From Tubiluchus corallicola (lineage: Eukaryota > Animalia > Priapulida): 33,253 nucleotides of DNA. Location of the stretch: NCBI GenBank assembly GCA_030141605.1, contig JAQGDQ010002445.1, positions 1 through 33,253 of the forward strand, given 5' to 3'. The position numbers and the translations under genes were made by a program. Below the pieces are notes generated by a model. It was given only the letters and a program-made list of their open reading frames with translations. It did no database searches and was not told where the DNA came from. Shown here piece after piece: positions 19,028 to 30,134 of this stretch (the first letter of the stretch is position 1; every line of letters starts with the position of its first letter).

Positions 19028-19774
19028 ATGTCCGGACACAGCAAATGGTCTACTATTAAACGAAAAAAAGGAGCTACAGACCTCAAACGAGGTAAACAAT
19101 TTACTAAATTGTTAAAAGAAATAGCTATTGCCGCCAAGCTGGGAGGGGGGAACCCCGAAGGAAACCCAAGGCTAAAATTAGCTATCGCCAGCGCTAAAAG
19201 TAACAACTTGCCCAAAGATAACATTGAACGGGCAATAAAAAAAGCAACAGGAGAGAATGCAACAAACTACTTTGAAGCCTCTTTTGAAGGGTATGCTACC
19301 AATGGTGTTGCAGTGTTTGTTGAGTGTACCACAGACAATAACAACAGAACGACTTCTAATGTGAGAGCTTTGTTTACTAAATATGGTGGGAGTTTGGGAA
19401 CCAATGGCTCATTGGAATTTATTTTTGAACGTAAAGGAAACTTTACCGTGCCTGTAGGCGTGATTAATGAAGAGGAGCTAACATTGGAAATGATTGATGC
19501 AGGAGCAGATAATATAGAAAATGAAGAAGGCTATTATATTATTACCTGTCCTTTGAACGAATTTGGGAATGTGCAAAAAAAATTAGAAAGCATGAACATA
19601 ACCCCTGATACCGCTGAGTTAGTTCGCATTCCTAACACCTTGGTTGCTCTAGACGATAATGCCTTGGCAAAAGTTTATAAATTTATTGAAGCCTTAGAAG
19701 ATGACGATGATGTGCAAAAAGTGTTTCATAACATAGACGTATCACCTGAGCAAATGGATGTATTGTTGGGATAG
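19028..19774 (+). CDS. yebC: YebC/PmpR family protein
   Basis: MSGHSKWSTIKRKKG, NPRL, TDNNNRT and LEDDDDVQKVFHN. Confidence 0.97.
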   Translation: MSGHSKWSTIKRKKGATDLKRGKQFTKLLKEIAIAAKLGGGNPEGNPRLKLAIASAKSNNLPKDNIERAIKKATGENATNYFEASFEGYATNGVAVFVECTTDNNNRTTSNVRALFTKYGGSLGTNGSLEFIFERKGNFTVPVGVINEEELTLEMIDAGADNIENEEGYYIITCPLNEFGNVQKKLESMNITPDTAELVRIPNTLVALDDNALAKVYKFIEALEDDDDVQKVFHNIDVSPEQMDVLLG

Positions 19775-19862
19775 GAGGGAGGTATAGCCATCATAAAAAA
19801 TGTTTTAAATTTTTATTAAATAACAAAATTATTTACCTTTACGCAAAATAGTTTTTTGAAAA

Positions 19863-20570
19863 ATGAAATATAAACGAATCCTACTTAAATTAAGCGGAGA
19901 AGCATTGATGGGAGATCAAAAGCACGGTATAAGTGCTGAGCAGTTAAATAAATATGCTAATGAAATTTTTAATGTTCATAAATTAGGAGTGGAAATAGCC
20001 GTTGTTATAGGTGCTGGCAATATTTTTCGTGGTACCCATGCTAAAGAAATGGGAATAGAGCGAGTTCAAGGTGATTATATGGGCATGGTGGCAACTATAA
20101 TAAATGCTATCGCCTTGCAAAGTGCATTAGAAAATAGAGGCTTAGAAACGCGACTAATGTCTGGTATTAAGATGGACCAAGTGTGTGAGTCTTTTATACG
20201 CAGAAGAGCCATACGCCACTTGGAACACAAAAGAATAGTGATTTTTGGAGGAGGCACGGGAAGTCCATATTTTACAACAGACACCGCAGCAAGCCTTAGA
20301 GCGATAGAAATAAATGCTAATATAGTATTAAAAGGCACCCGCGTAGATGGAATTTATACAACAGATCCAGAAAAAGACACAAATGCAAAAAAGTATACAA
20401 ATATTCATTTTTCTGAAGTGCTTAAAAAAGAATTAAATGTCATGGATATGACAGCATTTACACTGTGTCATGAAAACAAATTACCTGTTATTGTTTTTGA
20501 TATAAACAAAGCCAATAATTTAGTTGATATATTAGAAGGGAAACCTGTAGGAACAATTGTAGAAGGTTAA
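19863..20570 (+). CDS. pyrH: UMP kinase
   Basis: [40 protein letters not shown] and VMDMTA. Confidence 0.99.
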   Translation: MKYKRILLKLSGEALMGDQKHGISAEQLNKYANEIFNVHKLGVEIAVVIGAGNIFRGTHAKEMGIERVQGDYMGMVATIINAIALQSALENRGLETRLMSGIKMDQVCESFIRRRAIRHLEHKRIVIFGGGTGSPYFTTDTAASLRAIEINANIVLKGTRVDGIYTTDPEKDTNAKKYTNIHFSEVLKKELNVMDMTAFTLCHENKLPVIVFDINKANNLVDILEGKPVGTIVEG

Positions 20571-20585
20571 ATTTGATTATTTGCA

Positions 20586-21254
20586 ATGACAAGAGTAAAA
20601 TTGAAGCTGTGTTTTATAACTACTTTAATTATAATAATTAACGGTTGTTCGTTTTTAAAAAAACAAGACAAAAATTTATCCGAAGAGGCGAAAGAAAACA
20701 AATATGCGGTAAGCATTTGGGATAATGTGTTAGTGAGGGAAAAACCTAACAAAAATGGAAAATTTGTATCGTCACTTAGTTTAGGTGAAATAGTTACTTA
20801 TGTTGAAGAAGAAGTTAAAGACAATAGTGTTGAATACATTAAAATAAAACTTTCTGATGGAAATGAAGGATGGTGTTTAAAATCACTTTTAGTGCTTAAC
20901 TCCTATCCTGCAATAGTTATTGCTCCATCTCTTATATATGAACACCCTAATAAACACGACTCTACTAATGTTGTGCTTGACGTTATGAGTATGGTTGCAG
21001 TGTTAGAAGAGAGTGATGGGTTTGTTTATGCTATTGGAGAAAAAAATAAGAAAAACGGCTGGATAGATGCAGAATCCATTTCTAAACTATTAGAAGATAT
21101 TGGGTTTGCTGTTATGGCTAAAAGAGAGCTTTATGATAGTGCGGGACTGTTTTTGCCTGATAGGGTAGAGGGATTTTTTCAAAATGTTCCCTTTAAATCA
21201 GAGATATTTTATAAGTATATTTTGGAAAGGCGTCAAAATAAAAAAACTAATTAG
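20586..21254 (+). CDS. SH3b-like domain lipoprotein
   Basis: Lipobox IINGC; VREKP...SLSLGE.V...YIKIKLSDGNEGW (SH3b-like); second copy ending KNGWI. Confidence 0.7.
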   Translation: MTRVKLKLCFITTLIIIINGCSFLKKQDKNLSEEAKENKYAVSIWDNVLVREKPNKNGKFVSSLSLGEIVTYVEEEVKDNSVEYIKIKLSDGNEGWCLKSLLVLNSYPAIVIAPSLIYEHPNKHDSTNVVLDVMSMVAVLEESDGFVYAIGEKNKKNGWIDAESISKLLEDIGFAVMAKRELYDSAGLFLPDRVEGFFQNVPFKSEIFYKYILERRQNKKTN

Positions 21255-21293
21255 ACAATTTAATTTTATGAACATATATTTAATTTAAAAATT

Positions 21294-21851
21294 ATGGCAG
21301 TACAAGAACATTTAGATAGTGCAATCGAGAAAATGAAAAAAACGGTGCAACATACCCATGAGGTTTTTTCTAAAATTAGAGCAGGAAGAGCAATGCCAAA
21401 TATGTTAGGGGATATTAAAGTAGAATATTATGGCACTCCCACTCCACTTTCACAGGTTGCCTCAGTATCTACCTCTGATGCAAGAACATTAAATGTAAAG
21501 CCTTGGGAAAAAACAATGCTGAAGGCGATAGAAAAAGCTATTATTAATAGCGATTTGGGCTTAGCGCCACAAAATGATGGAGAGCTTATTAGGTTGAACA
21601 TTCCTCCACTAACAGAAGAACGAAGAAAAGAACTTGTAAAGCAAGTGAAACATGAAGCAGAAAATGGAAAAATAAGTGTAAGGAGTATTAGAAAAGAAGC
21701 AAACGAGCATATTAAAAAACTATTGAAAGAACACATTTCGGAAGATGAAATCAAAGATGCAGAACAAGAAATACAAGAGCTTACAGATAAGCATATTAGC
21801 AATATAAATGACCTTGCAGAAAACAAAGAGAAAGAAATAATGACGGTGTAG
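21294..21851 (+). CDS. frr: Ribosome recycling factor
   Basis: IRAGRA, VEYYG.PTPL.QVA, PQNDG, PPLTEERRKELVK and KEKEIMTV. Confidence 0.99.
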   Translation: MAVQEHLDSAIEKMKKTVQHTHEVFSKIRAGRAMPNMLGDIKVEYYGTPTPLSQVASVSTSDARTLNVKPWEKTMLKAIEKAIINSDLGLAPQNDGELIRLNIPPLTEERRKELVKQVKHEAENGKISVRSIRKEANEHIKKLLKEHISEDEIKDAEQEIQELTDKHISNINDLAENKEKEIMTV

Positions 21852-21892
21852 GTTGATTAAAATAATTTATTAAATTCCAATATATTTTAGTT

Positions 21893-23287
21893 ATGGTTTT
21901 AAATGTTTTTCTTTATATTCAAACAGTTTTACTTGCGGATATAGTAGTGCCGCCCCTTTGGGCAATAGCTCCCTTTGTACTGTTGCTTTTAATGATAGCA
22001 ACAGGTCCTTTGTTATACAAACATTTTTGGCATAAAAATTATCCAAAAATAGCTGTTATTTTGGCTCTACTTGTAGTGCTGTATTATCTGTTTTCGTTGC
22101 AAAATGTTCACTCACCTGTACATGCTTTTTTCGAATACTTTCAGTTTATCTCTTTATTGACAGGGTTGTTTATAATTTCGGGAGGGATTAACATTGATAT
22201 ACAAAGAAAACATACCCCAATGCTTAATGTTGTAATATTAGCTTTTGGTGCTATAATAGCTAACATTATAGGTACTACAGGAGCTTCAATGTTGCTAATT
22301 CGTCCATTCATTAACATTAATAAAAAGTATATTCGAACATATCACATTGTATTTTTTATTTTTATTGTAAGTAATTTAGGAGGGGCATTAACACCAGTAG
22401 GAGACCCACCTCTATTTTTGGGATATTTAAAAGGTGTTCCATTTTTTTGGACATTGGAGCATAACGTTTTAGCATGGGTTTTAGGAGTCTCATTATTGTT
22501 ATTAGTATTTTATATATTTGATTTGAAAAATAAGAACAAAAGTTCTTATTTTGATGCTAAATCAGTTCAAGAAAATGGCAATAAGTTCTCTAATAAAATT
22601 AGAGTAAGTGGCAAAATAAACTTTTTAGGATTGGCAATAGTAGTAGGTTCTGTTTTCTTAGATCCAAACATTATAGATGGTTTACCTGCAATTGAGTATC
22701 ATGGGGTTAAATTTTCTTTCATTAGAGAATTAATAATGCTATCAGCAACGGTAGTATTCTATCTTATAACCTACCATAAATATAGAAACGTATTAAAAGA
22801 AAATGAATTTAGCTTTGAACCCATAAAAGAAGTTGCTTTTATATTTGTAGGTATTTTTGGCACTATGATGCCAGCATTAGATATTATATCTGCATTTGCA
22901 GGCTCCCCAGAAGGACAAGCACTTTTAGGAGTAGACACCTTATATTGGGGAACAGGAATACTATCAGCATTTTTGGATAATGCACCTACTTACATTAATT
23001 TTTTGGCAGCATCTATGGCATCTACAGGAGCTAATATACAAAGTATGAGCGAGGTAGTGGGCTTTGCTAGTGGAGAAGAATCAGCAATTTTCTTAAAGGC
23101 AATATCAATATCTGCTGTGTTTTTTGGGGCTTTTACCTATATAGGTAATGGACCAAATTTCATGGTACGCTCCATTGCAGAGCAGTTAGGTATAGACATG
23201 CCCTCCTTTTTCGGGTATGTATTAAAGTACTCTATACCCATACTGCTACCCGTGCTATTTGTTACATGGTATCTGTTCTTTTATTAG
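21893..23287 (+). CDS. Ion-transporter superfamily permease (putative Na+/H+ antiporter)
   Basis: Multiple TM segments; IGTTGASMLLIRP, SNLGGALTPVGDPPLFLG, SAFLDNAPTY and TYIGNGPNFMV. Confidence 0.85.
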   Translation: MVLNVFLYIQTVLLADIVVPPLWAIAPFVLLLLMIATGPLLYKHFWHKNYPKIAVILALLVVLYYLFSLQNVHSPVHAFFEYFQFISLLTGLFIISGGINIDIQRKHTPMLNVVILAFGAIIANIIGTTGASMLLIRPFININKKYIRTYHIVFFIFIVSNLGGALTPVGDPPLFLGYLKGVPFFWTLEHNVLAWVLGVSLLLLVFYIFDLKNKNKSSYFDAKSVQENGNKFSNKIRVSGKINFLGLAIVVGSVFLDPNIIDGLPAIEYHGVKFSFIRELIMLSATVVFYLITYHKYRNVLKENEFSFEPIKEVAFIFVGIFGTMMPALDIISAFAGSPEGQALLGVDTLYWGTGILSAFLDNAPTYINFLAASMASTGANIQSMSEVVGFASGEESAIFLKAISISAVFFGAFTYIGNGPNFMVRSIAEQLGIDMPSFFGYVLKYSIPILLPVLFVTWYLFFY

Positions 23288-23351
23288 TTTAGCCCCATTC
23301 AAATATACTTACAAAGGGTTTTAAGTTAAAAAAATTAGAGGTTACACATTA

Positions 23352-25019
23352 TTATAACCCCTCTTTTACAGTACCACATGACATCATTTTGTTTCCAAAA
23401 TAAGGGTTTTTAATGACTTTTTCATTGCTTATCCAATCAGCTCCTTCATTCTCAAATGTCATTGAACAATGTTGAATAAACCAATTACCAGAGCTCTCTT
23501 CTTGCTTAACCAACTCTATTAGATACTTTGACACATCTTTAAAGCTTCTTCTTGCATTTTCAATATCGTTATTTCCTACTATTTTTTTTACTTCTGCGCT
23601 TAATTGCATTGTTTGTATTTTGGAGTTTTTTGCCAACTCTTGAATAGCCCTCACAAGATGCGTAGCGTGCTCTGAAGCTTTGTTCATATCGCTCTCAACA
23701 AAAGCATCTTTTAGCAATAAATATTGTGTTATTACATTTGTTACATATTGCTGAGATTGTTGTTGAGAATGTTCATTTTTGTGTTTTCTTATAGGGTTGA
23801 CCATATTGTGCTTGCCCCTTAATTGGGATTCGGCATCAAGTGAAAAAGCCCCATTTACCACTATTTGCTCCCCTTCTGATAAACCATTAACTACTATGTA
23901 CCCTTTTGGAGTGGCATCACCTAACACCACTTCTTTGTATTGAAAAATATTTTTTTCCCCTTTATTGTCTGGTATTTTCACATAGACTACAGATCGCTTT
24001 CCTGTCCACAATACTGCTGTTTTAGGTATAATTATAACATTATTTTGTTGTAAGGTTAGCTCTCCTTCCACAAGCATTTCGGGTTTTAAAATGTTATTTT
24101 TATTTTCTACTTCAGTGCGCACAATAGCAACCCGTTTTAGAGGGTGGATAATAGGGTCTATAAAAGTTACTTCCGATTTAAATTTTTTATTTGGAAGAAG
24201 TGAAGAGACAGAAAATCTTATCGTCTCTCCTAATTTTATAAAATCAAGATTACTTTCGTATGCATCAAACTCTACCCATAAGGTATCTAAATTTGTCACT
24301 TCTAATATTCTTTGTTCCATTTGAACGTAGTCTCCTAACTTCATATTTAGGGAGGAAACATTTCCTGTTACCTCTGATAGTATATCTAAATTTGTTTGTA
24401 TTTTTTTAGTTTGAATTATATTTTCAATTTGCTCTTTTGATAATTGCCAATTTTCAAGCTTACTTTTGGCGGCATTCACAAGTTGTGGGTTGTTTGGCTT
24501 AAAGTTGAGTGCTTCAAACAATTCTTTTTGTGCTGTTATCAGTTCTGGAGAATAAATACTTGCAATTATATCTCCTTTTTGAACAAAATCATTGGTAAAA
24601 TTGACATATAATTTTTCAATTCGCCCCGAATAATTGGCAGATTGACTATATAGCCTTCGCTCATCTGCTTTTATTTTCCCTCTAAGGGTTAACGTAGTGT
24701 TGGCATTTCCTCTTTTCACCTCGGCTGTTTGTATGTTAGATAATTTTACCGCGTTGCTACTTATTTCTACCTCAAAATTGCTAAGCTTTATTTTGCTTGT
24801 ATTGGCTTTTATTAGGTCCATTCCACAAATTGGGCATTTCCCTTTTTCTGGTAGGCGAATTTGAGGGTGCATTGCACATGTCCACTCTTCAGACTTTTTG
24901 TTTTCTTCAATAAGTTTTACTTTTTCTGTTGTTTTTATGTTAGATATTAATAAACTCAATACCACTCCTAGAGAAAATGCTATAATGATAGCGACGATTA
25001 ATTTTTTGTTTTTTTTCAT
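23352..25019 (-). CDS. cusB: CusB-like RND periplasmic adaptor with an N-terminal heavy-metal-binding domain and a C-terminal DUF3347-like domain
   Basis: WTCAMHPQI...CPICGMDL, GRIEKL, YSPEL..AQ.E, LKPEM; C-terminal YL.LKDAFV...C.M...W.S....NPYFG..M.SCG. Confidence 0.9.
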   Translation of the reverse strand: MKKNKKLIVAIIIAFSLGVVLSLLISNIKTTEKVKLIEENKKSEEWTCAMHPQIRLPEKGKCPICGMDLIKANTSKIKLSNFEVEISSNAVKLSNIQTAEVKRGNANTTLTLRGKIKADERRLYSQSANYSGRIEKLYVNFTNDFVQKGDIIASIYSPELITAQKELFEALNFKPNNPQLVNAAKSKLENWQLSKEQIENIIQTKKIQTNLDILSEVTGNVSSLNMKLGDYVQMEQRILEVTNLDTLWVEFDAYESNLDFIKLGETIRFSVSSLLPNKKFKSEVTFIDPIIHPLKRVAIVRTEVENKNNILKPEMLVEGELTLQQNNVIIIPKTAVLWTGKRSVVYVKIPDNKGEKNIFQYKEVVLGDATPKGYIVVNGLSEGEQIVVNGAFSLDAESQLRGKHNMVNPIRKHKNEHSQQQSQQYVTNVITQYLLLKDAFVESDMNKASEHATHLVRAIQELAKNSKIQTMQLSAEVKKIVGNNDIENARRSFKDVSKYLIELVKQEESSGNWFIQHCSMTFENEGADWISNEKVIKNPYFGNKMMSCGTVKEGL

Positions 25020-25031
25020 TTTCTTATTGCT

Positions 25032-26282
25032 TTATTGATTGAGTAAATAATTATATTTTGCAACGCTAATGTAGCCATCTTTATATGCTTTTAGTTGTTT
25101 TAACTTACACTGCAATATTAGCTGCTGTGCATCTAATAACTCCTCAAATGTGGCAGAGTTAGAGGAGTATGATGAAGCCAATATGTTTATCATTTGTTCT
25201 AATGTTTTGATTTGTGTGGTATATAGTTTTATATATTTTTCTGCTTCATTAAAACTATACATAACCATATCATACTCACTTCTTAATATATTTTCTTCAT
25301 TTTCTTTTTTGAACGAAATTTCAGTTTTCTTTATTTCCGCTTCTTTTTTTAGTGATTTGTACTTTTTTCTGTAAATGGGAACACTCATTGTCAACATTGG
25401 CATAAAGGCGTCTTTTCCGTTATTTTCTAAAGTAGAATTGTCGTATTTTTGTATAAAAATATAGTCTAATCCTATTCCAATATTGGGTCTTCCTTTTTTT
25501 CTTGATAATTTTTCCCTCTCTTCTTGTGCTTGCAATTCATAGTAAAGTTTAGAAATCAAAGGGTTGTTCTGCAAGCTATCTAAAGGAACATGATGTATGA
25601 TTGGCTCTATTGTAGCTGTGTCAATTAATACTTTTTCTTCAGGAGTTATGTTCAAAAGGGCATTGAAATGTGATTCTAAAGGTGCTTTTTTCTCTATCAA
25701 AGCTTGTAAGTCTGTTTCTGCTGTTTCTATACTTAACTGAATCCTCAACACATCAACAAGTGAGGCCGTACCAGTTTCATACTTGTTAATAGAGAGAGCT
25801 TGAAATGACTTCAATATCGCTATGTTATTTGCATTAACGCTAATGCTTTTTTCCAATTCCCATAAATTATAATATACTTGTTCTATATCGAAAATCAGCT
25901 TATTTTTTTCATATAGAAACTCTTCATATTTTTTTGAAACTTCTAATGTAGAAATTTTCTTTTGCGTTGATAAAGTCCCAAACCACGGAAACATTTGAGA
26001 GATAGACACTTTAAATGTCTGTTGACCAGTACGGGTTTCAACAGGGGAAATGAAATACCCAAATGCTACTTGTGGGTCGGGCAGTGTTCCTGATTGGTTT
26101 ACCTTTTCAAGCGCTATGTAATACTCTTCAAATTTACTTTTTAACAGTGGGTTGTTTTCCAATGCTATTTGTTTGTAGCTTTCTATTGATTGCCCTAAAC
26201 ATAACCCCATATTAGCAATTATAACAAATATGGAGATAAAAGCTTTTTTGTATTTGTATATATGTTTCATTTGTAATATCAT
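25032..26282 (-). CDS. TolC-family outer membrane efflux protein
   Basis: ALENNP.LK, LPDPQ, SQMFPWFG and two helical repeats; lies between cusA and cusB. Confidence 0.9.
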   Translation of the reverse strand: MILQMKHIYKYKKAFISIFVIIANMGLCLGQSIESYKQIALENNPLLKSKFEEYYIALEKVNQSGTLPDPQVAFGYFISPVETRTGQQTFKVSISQMFPWFGTLSTQKKISTLEVSKKYEEFLYEKNKLIFDIEQVYYNLWELEKSISVNANNIAILKSFQALSINKYETGTASLVDVLRIQLSIETAETDLQALIEKKAPLESHFNALLNITPEEKVLIDTATIEPIIHHVPLDSLQNNPLISKLYYELQAQEEREKLSRKKGRPNIGIGLDYIFIQKYDNSTLENNGKDAFMPMLTMSVPIYRKKYKSLKKEAEIKKTEISFKKENEENILRSEYDMVMYSFNEAEKYIKLYTTQIKTLEQMINILASSYSSNSATFEELLDAQQLILQCKLKQLKAYKDGYISVAKYNYLLNQ

Positions 26283-26283
26283 G

Positions 26284-29200
26284 TTATTTATTCAACCTAA
26301 GTTCTTGATACCAACTGTATAACACAGGAACAACAAATAGCGTGATTAATGCTACTAGCATTCCACCTGTTAATGGTATTGCCATTGGCAACATAATATC
26401 AGAGCCTTTACCCGATGAAGTTAGAATAGGCAGCAATGCCAGTAATGTTGTTGCTGTAGTCATTAAACATGGTCTAATTCTTTTTAATCCTGCATTAACT
26501 ACAGCATTGTGAATATTTTGTTTTGTCTTGTTTTTTGTTTTTGCAAAAGAGGATTGTAGGTAGCTCATTATTATTACTCCGTCATCTGTAGCAATGCCAA
26601 ATAGAGCTAAAAAACCGACCCAAACTGCTACATTTAGGTTTATAGTGGTAACTTGAAAGATCTCTCGTAGATTTTTTCCAAATAGGCTAAAATTTAAAAA
26701 CCAATCTTGTCCATAAAACCATATTAGCATAAACGCTCCTGAAAAAGCTACCAGTATGCCTATAAATACTATAAACACAAAAGCGGTTTTCTTTATTAGT
26801 AAGTAGAGAATGAGAAATATTATCAGCAATGATATGGGTAAGATAAACATAAGTCGGTTTTGTGCTCTAACTTGATTTTCATAGTTGCCCGAAAACTTAA
26901 AACTAATACCGGGTGGTACAATAATTTCTCCTGTTTGAATTTTGCTGTTAATGTGCTGTTGAACTTCTTCTACAACATCCACTTCTGCATGGTTTGGTTT
27001 TTTGTCAAACAATAAATAGCCAATTAAAAAAGTATCCTCACTTTTTATTGTTTGAGTTCCTATTGTATAGCGAATACTAGCTAGTTCTTTTAAAGGAATT
27101 TGAAATCCAGAATGTGTAGGCACCAGTACTCTCTCCATTTCTTGGGCATTGTTCCTCAATTCTCTTGGGTATCGAACACGAATGTTATATCTTTCTCTTC
27201 CTTCTACTGTATAGGTAAGCGGTACACCCCCTATTGCTGTTTCTATTATTTGTTGCACATCGTTGATTGTCAAACCATAACCGCTTATTTTTTCCCTGTT
27301 AATGTCAATAAGTATATAGGGCTTTCCAGTGATTTTATCTGCAAAAACAGAAGGTTTTTTTACAGAAGGAACTTCTTTAACTATTTTTTCTAGTTGTAGT
27401 CCAAATTGTTCAATGGTCTTCAAATTGTCTCCTTTAATTTTTATTCCCATAGGTGCTCGCATTCCTGTTTGTAGCATTACAATTCTTGCTTCAATAGGGT
27501 GTAGTTTTGGAGCAGAAGTTACTCCCAATAAGCTAGTAGCATTGATGATTTCTTGCCAAATATCGTCACTGTTTTTTATTTTTTTTCGCCATTGTCTAAA
27601 ATATTTTCCTTTGCTGTCGTATATAAGTTTGCTAGTGTCCAAATTATTACTTACTGCATCGTCATTGGAAATAATATCACCATTTTTTAATATGAAATTG
27701 CCATTGTTGTCTGTTTTAAATGTTAATTTTTCTTCTTTTTCGTTTTCCAAATATTCAGATTTGTATTGAATAATATTTTCGTACATGGAGATAGGGGCGG
27801 GATCTAAAGCACTTTCAACTCGTCCTAATTTCCCTAATATTCCTTCTATTTCTGGTATTTGAGAAATAGACACGTCTAAATATGTTAGTGTTTTGTGATT
27901 TTCATCAATGCCCGCATGTGGCATAGATGTGGGCATTAGTAGAAAAGAGCCTTCGTCAAAGGAGGGCATAAACTCCTTGCCAGTACCAGGAAAAGCATGG
28001 TGTAAAGCACTCCAAACAGTGGTTGTTTGCAGCTTTTGTTTGAGTTTTGTTGAGCCCAATGCTATAAAACTAAATGTATTGTCAAAGCCTATCCACACTG
28101 TAAGTCCAAATACCAATAATAGAGCAGGGATAAGAAGAAATTTGGCTTTATTTTTAAGACACCACATTAATATATACTTATAGTAGTAGATAAAAAGCTT
28201 AAATCCTCCCATTATTACGCTAATAATAGATGCGACAAAGAGTAAGTTGATAAATAAATTTTTGTCATTTCCTAGTGGTTTCCAATACAGTGTTAAAAAA
28301 TAAGTGGATAGCAGTGCGACAATGATAATGTCTGTATAGTGAGGAAATTTTATTATGTTAGAAAAGTGAGTTTTAGCAATGTAAAATATTCCTAGCAATA
28401 TAATAAATACTCCCAACCAAAAGTTACTGATTATGGCTAATGTCAATCCCATAAGAACACACAAAGCGTTTAGAAAAGTTAAAACTTTTTGCTTGTTGAC
28501 TTTCAGTCCAAATATCCAATATGCGGCGGCTGGAAGAACAATTGCAGTAAGAATGAGAGAAGCTGACAAAGTGAATGTTTTCGTGTAGGCTAATGGAATA
28601 AAAAGCTTACCTTCTGCATTAGTAAGCATAAATATAGGAAGAAAACTTACAATAGTGGTAAGTACGGCTGTAACGACTGCCGGAAGTATTTCTATGGTTG
28701 CTTGATAAATAGATTGAATAGTGAGGGTATTGTCTCTCTCCTTGTATTTAATAATGTTTTCGGTAAGAACAATTCCCATATCAACAATAGTGCCTATGGC
28801 GATAGCAATTCCTGATAGCGATACAATATTGGCATCTATGCGAAAGAGATACATCATCATGAAAACTATCAAAACAACTAAGGGAAGTAGAGAGGATATG
28901 AGTATAGAGGCTTGGATGTTTAATATCATAATTATCACAACAAGTATTGTAATAAGTATTTCAAGGCTTAGTGTTTTGTTAAGTGTGTTTAAGGTTTCGT
29001 TAATGAGCTTGGTTCTATCATAAAAGGGAACTATTGTAACTTTAGAAACGGTTCCGTCTTCTAGGTTTTTTTGTGGCAGCCCTAATTCAATTTCTTTAAT
29101 TTTTTCTTTAACTGCATTTATAACTTGTAGCGGATTTTCGCCATATCTTATAGTAACCACGCCTCCTACTGTTTCTATGCCGTTTTTGTCCATTATTCCT

Positions 29201-30066
29201 CTACGTTCAGCAGGCCCAATATTTACCTTGGCAATATTTTTAACTTTTATGGGTGTGTTGTCATAGACGTCTACTACAGCATTTTCTATGTCCTCTATAC
29301 TTTTTACATATCCTAATCCTCTTATAAAATATTCTGCTTGGTTAATTTCAATACTTTTTGCTCCTACATCCTTATTAGAATTTTTTATTGCCTTCAGCAC
29401 CTTATCTATTCCAATATTATAGTTTTGTAAAGCAGTGGGATTTAGGTTTACTTGATACTCCTTGACATATCCTCCTATGGAGGCTACTTCAGAAACCCCA
29501 CTAACAGACATTAGAGCATATTTTACATAATAGTCTTGTATGGTGCGAAGTCTGTGCAAGTCCCAATCATTGCGAGTATTTCCTTCTTGGTCTCTGCTCT
29601 CTAAGGTATACCAAAACACTTGCCCCAATCCTGTTGCATCAGGCCCCAAAATAGGACGAGCATTTTCAGGAAGCATTACAGGAGGGATGGATATGAGTTT
29701 TTCTGATATTCTTGACCTGCTCCAGTAGAACTCTATATTTTCTTCAAAAATTATGTATATACTTGAAAAACCAAACATAGAACTGCTTCTAATCGTTTTC
29801 ACTCCCGGAATGCCCATCAAAAATGTAGTGAGAGGGTAAGTAATTTGATCTTCTACATCTTGAGGAGAACGCCCAGGCCATTCGGTAAAGACAATTTGCT
29901 GGTTTTCTCCAATATCTGGAATGGCATCTACTGCTACGGGATTGCGTGGAAGTATGTTAATGTTCCAATCAAAAGGAGCTGTGATAATTCCTCCAAGTAC
30001 AATACTTATAATCAGTAGTGCTGTAATAAATCTATTATATAGAAAGAATTTTGCAATGGTATTCAT
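26284..30066 (-). CDS. cusA: CusA/SilA-type heavy-metal (Cu/Ag) RND efflux permease, long Bacteroidota form
   Basis: VDAIPDIGENQQIV, GRSPQDVEDQITYP, YWSRSR, LGPDATGLG, GIAIAIG..VD, DPAPISM.E and RIRPCLMT. Confidence 0.93.
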   Translation of the reverse strand: MNTIAKFFLYNRFITALLIISIVLGGIITAPFDWNINILPRNPVAVDAIPDIGENQQIVFTEWPGRSPQDVEDQITYPLTTFLMGIPGVKTIRSSSMFGFSSIYIIFEENIEFYWSRSRISEKLISIPPVMLPENARPILGPDATGLGQVFWYTLESRDQEGNTRNDWDLHRLRTIQDYYVKYALMSVSGVSEVASIGGYVKEYQVNLNPTALQNYNIGIDKVLKAIKNSNKDVGAKSIEINQAEYFIRGLGYVKSIEDIENAVVDVYDNTPIKVKNIAKVNIGPAERRGIMDKNGIETVGGVVTIRYGENPLQVINAVKEKIKEIELGLPQKNLEDGTVSKVTIVPFYDRTKLINETLNTLNKTLSLEILITILVVIIMILNIQASILISSLLPLVVLIVFMMMYLFRIDANIVSLSGIAIAIGTIVDMGIVLTENIIKYKERDNTLTIQSIYQATIEILPAVVTAVLTTIVSFLPIFMLTNAEGKLFIPLAYTKTFTLSASLILTAIVLPAAAYWIFGLKVNKQKVLTFLNALCVLMGLTLAIISNFWLGVFIILLGIFYIAKTHFSNIIKFPHYTDIIIVALLSTYFLTLYWKPLGNDKNLFINLLFVASIISVIMGGFKLFIYYYKYILMWCLKNKAKFLLIPALLLVFGLTVWIGFDNTFSFIALGSTKLKQKLQTTTVWSALHHAFPGTGKEFMPSFDEGSFLLMPTSMPHAGIDENHKTLTYLDVSISQIPEIEGILGKLGRVESALDPAPISMYENIIQYKSEYLENEKEEKLTFKTDNNGNFILKNGDIISNDDAVSNNLDTSKLIYDSKGKYFRQWRKKIKNSDDIWQEIINATSLLGVTSAPKLHPIEARIVMLQTGMRAPMGIKIKGDNLKTIEQFGLQLEKIVKEVPSVKKPSVFADKITGKPYILIDINREKISGYGLTINDVQQIIETAIGGVPLTYTVEGRERYNIRVRYPRELRNNAQEMERVLVPTHSGFQIPLKELASIRYTIGTQTIKSEDTFLIGYLLFDKKPNHAEVDVVEEVQQHINSKIQTGEIIVPPGISFKFSGNYENQVRAQNRLMFILPISLLIIFLILYLLIKKTAFVFIVFIGILVAFSGAFMLIWFYGQDWFLNFSLFGKNLREIFQVTTINLNVAVWVGFLALFGIATDDGVIIMSYLQSSFAKTKNKTKQNIHNAVVNAGLKRIRPCLMTTATTLLALLPILTSSGKGSDIMLPMAIPLTGGMLVALITLFVVPVLYSWYQELRLNK

Positions 30067-30109
30067 GTTGATTCAATAGTTTTTTGTTTTTTATATAATG
30101 AAAACATAC

Positions 30110-30134
30110 GTTTCTATTTTGTGCAAATAGAAAC
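30110..30134. promoter_or_regulatory. Stem-loop between the HYC_CC_PP gene and cusA
   Basis: GTTTCTATTT-tgtgc-AAATAGAAAC, a perfect 10-bp inverted repeat nested in an outer complementary pair. Confidence 0.55.

Noticed and set aside
26284-30066. Oversized CusA (1260 aa) with extra TM and periplasmic inserts
   Set aside because: Consistent with the long Bacteroidota CusA type; not specific to this locus.
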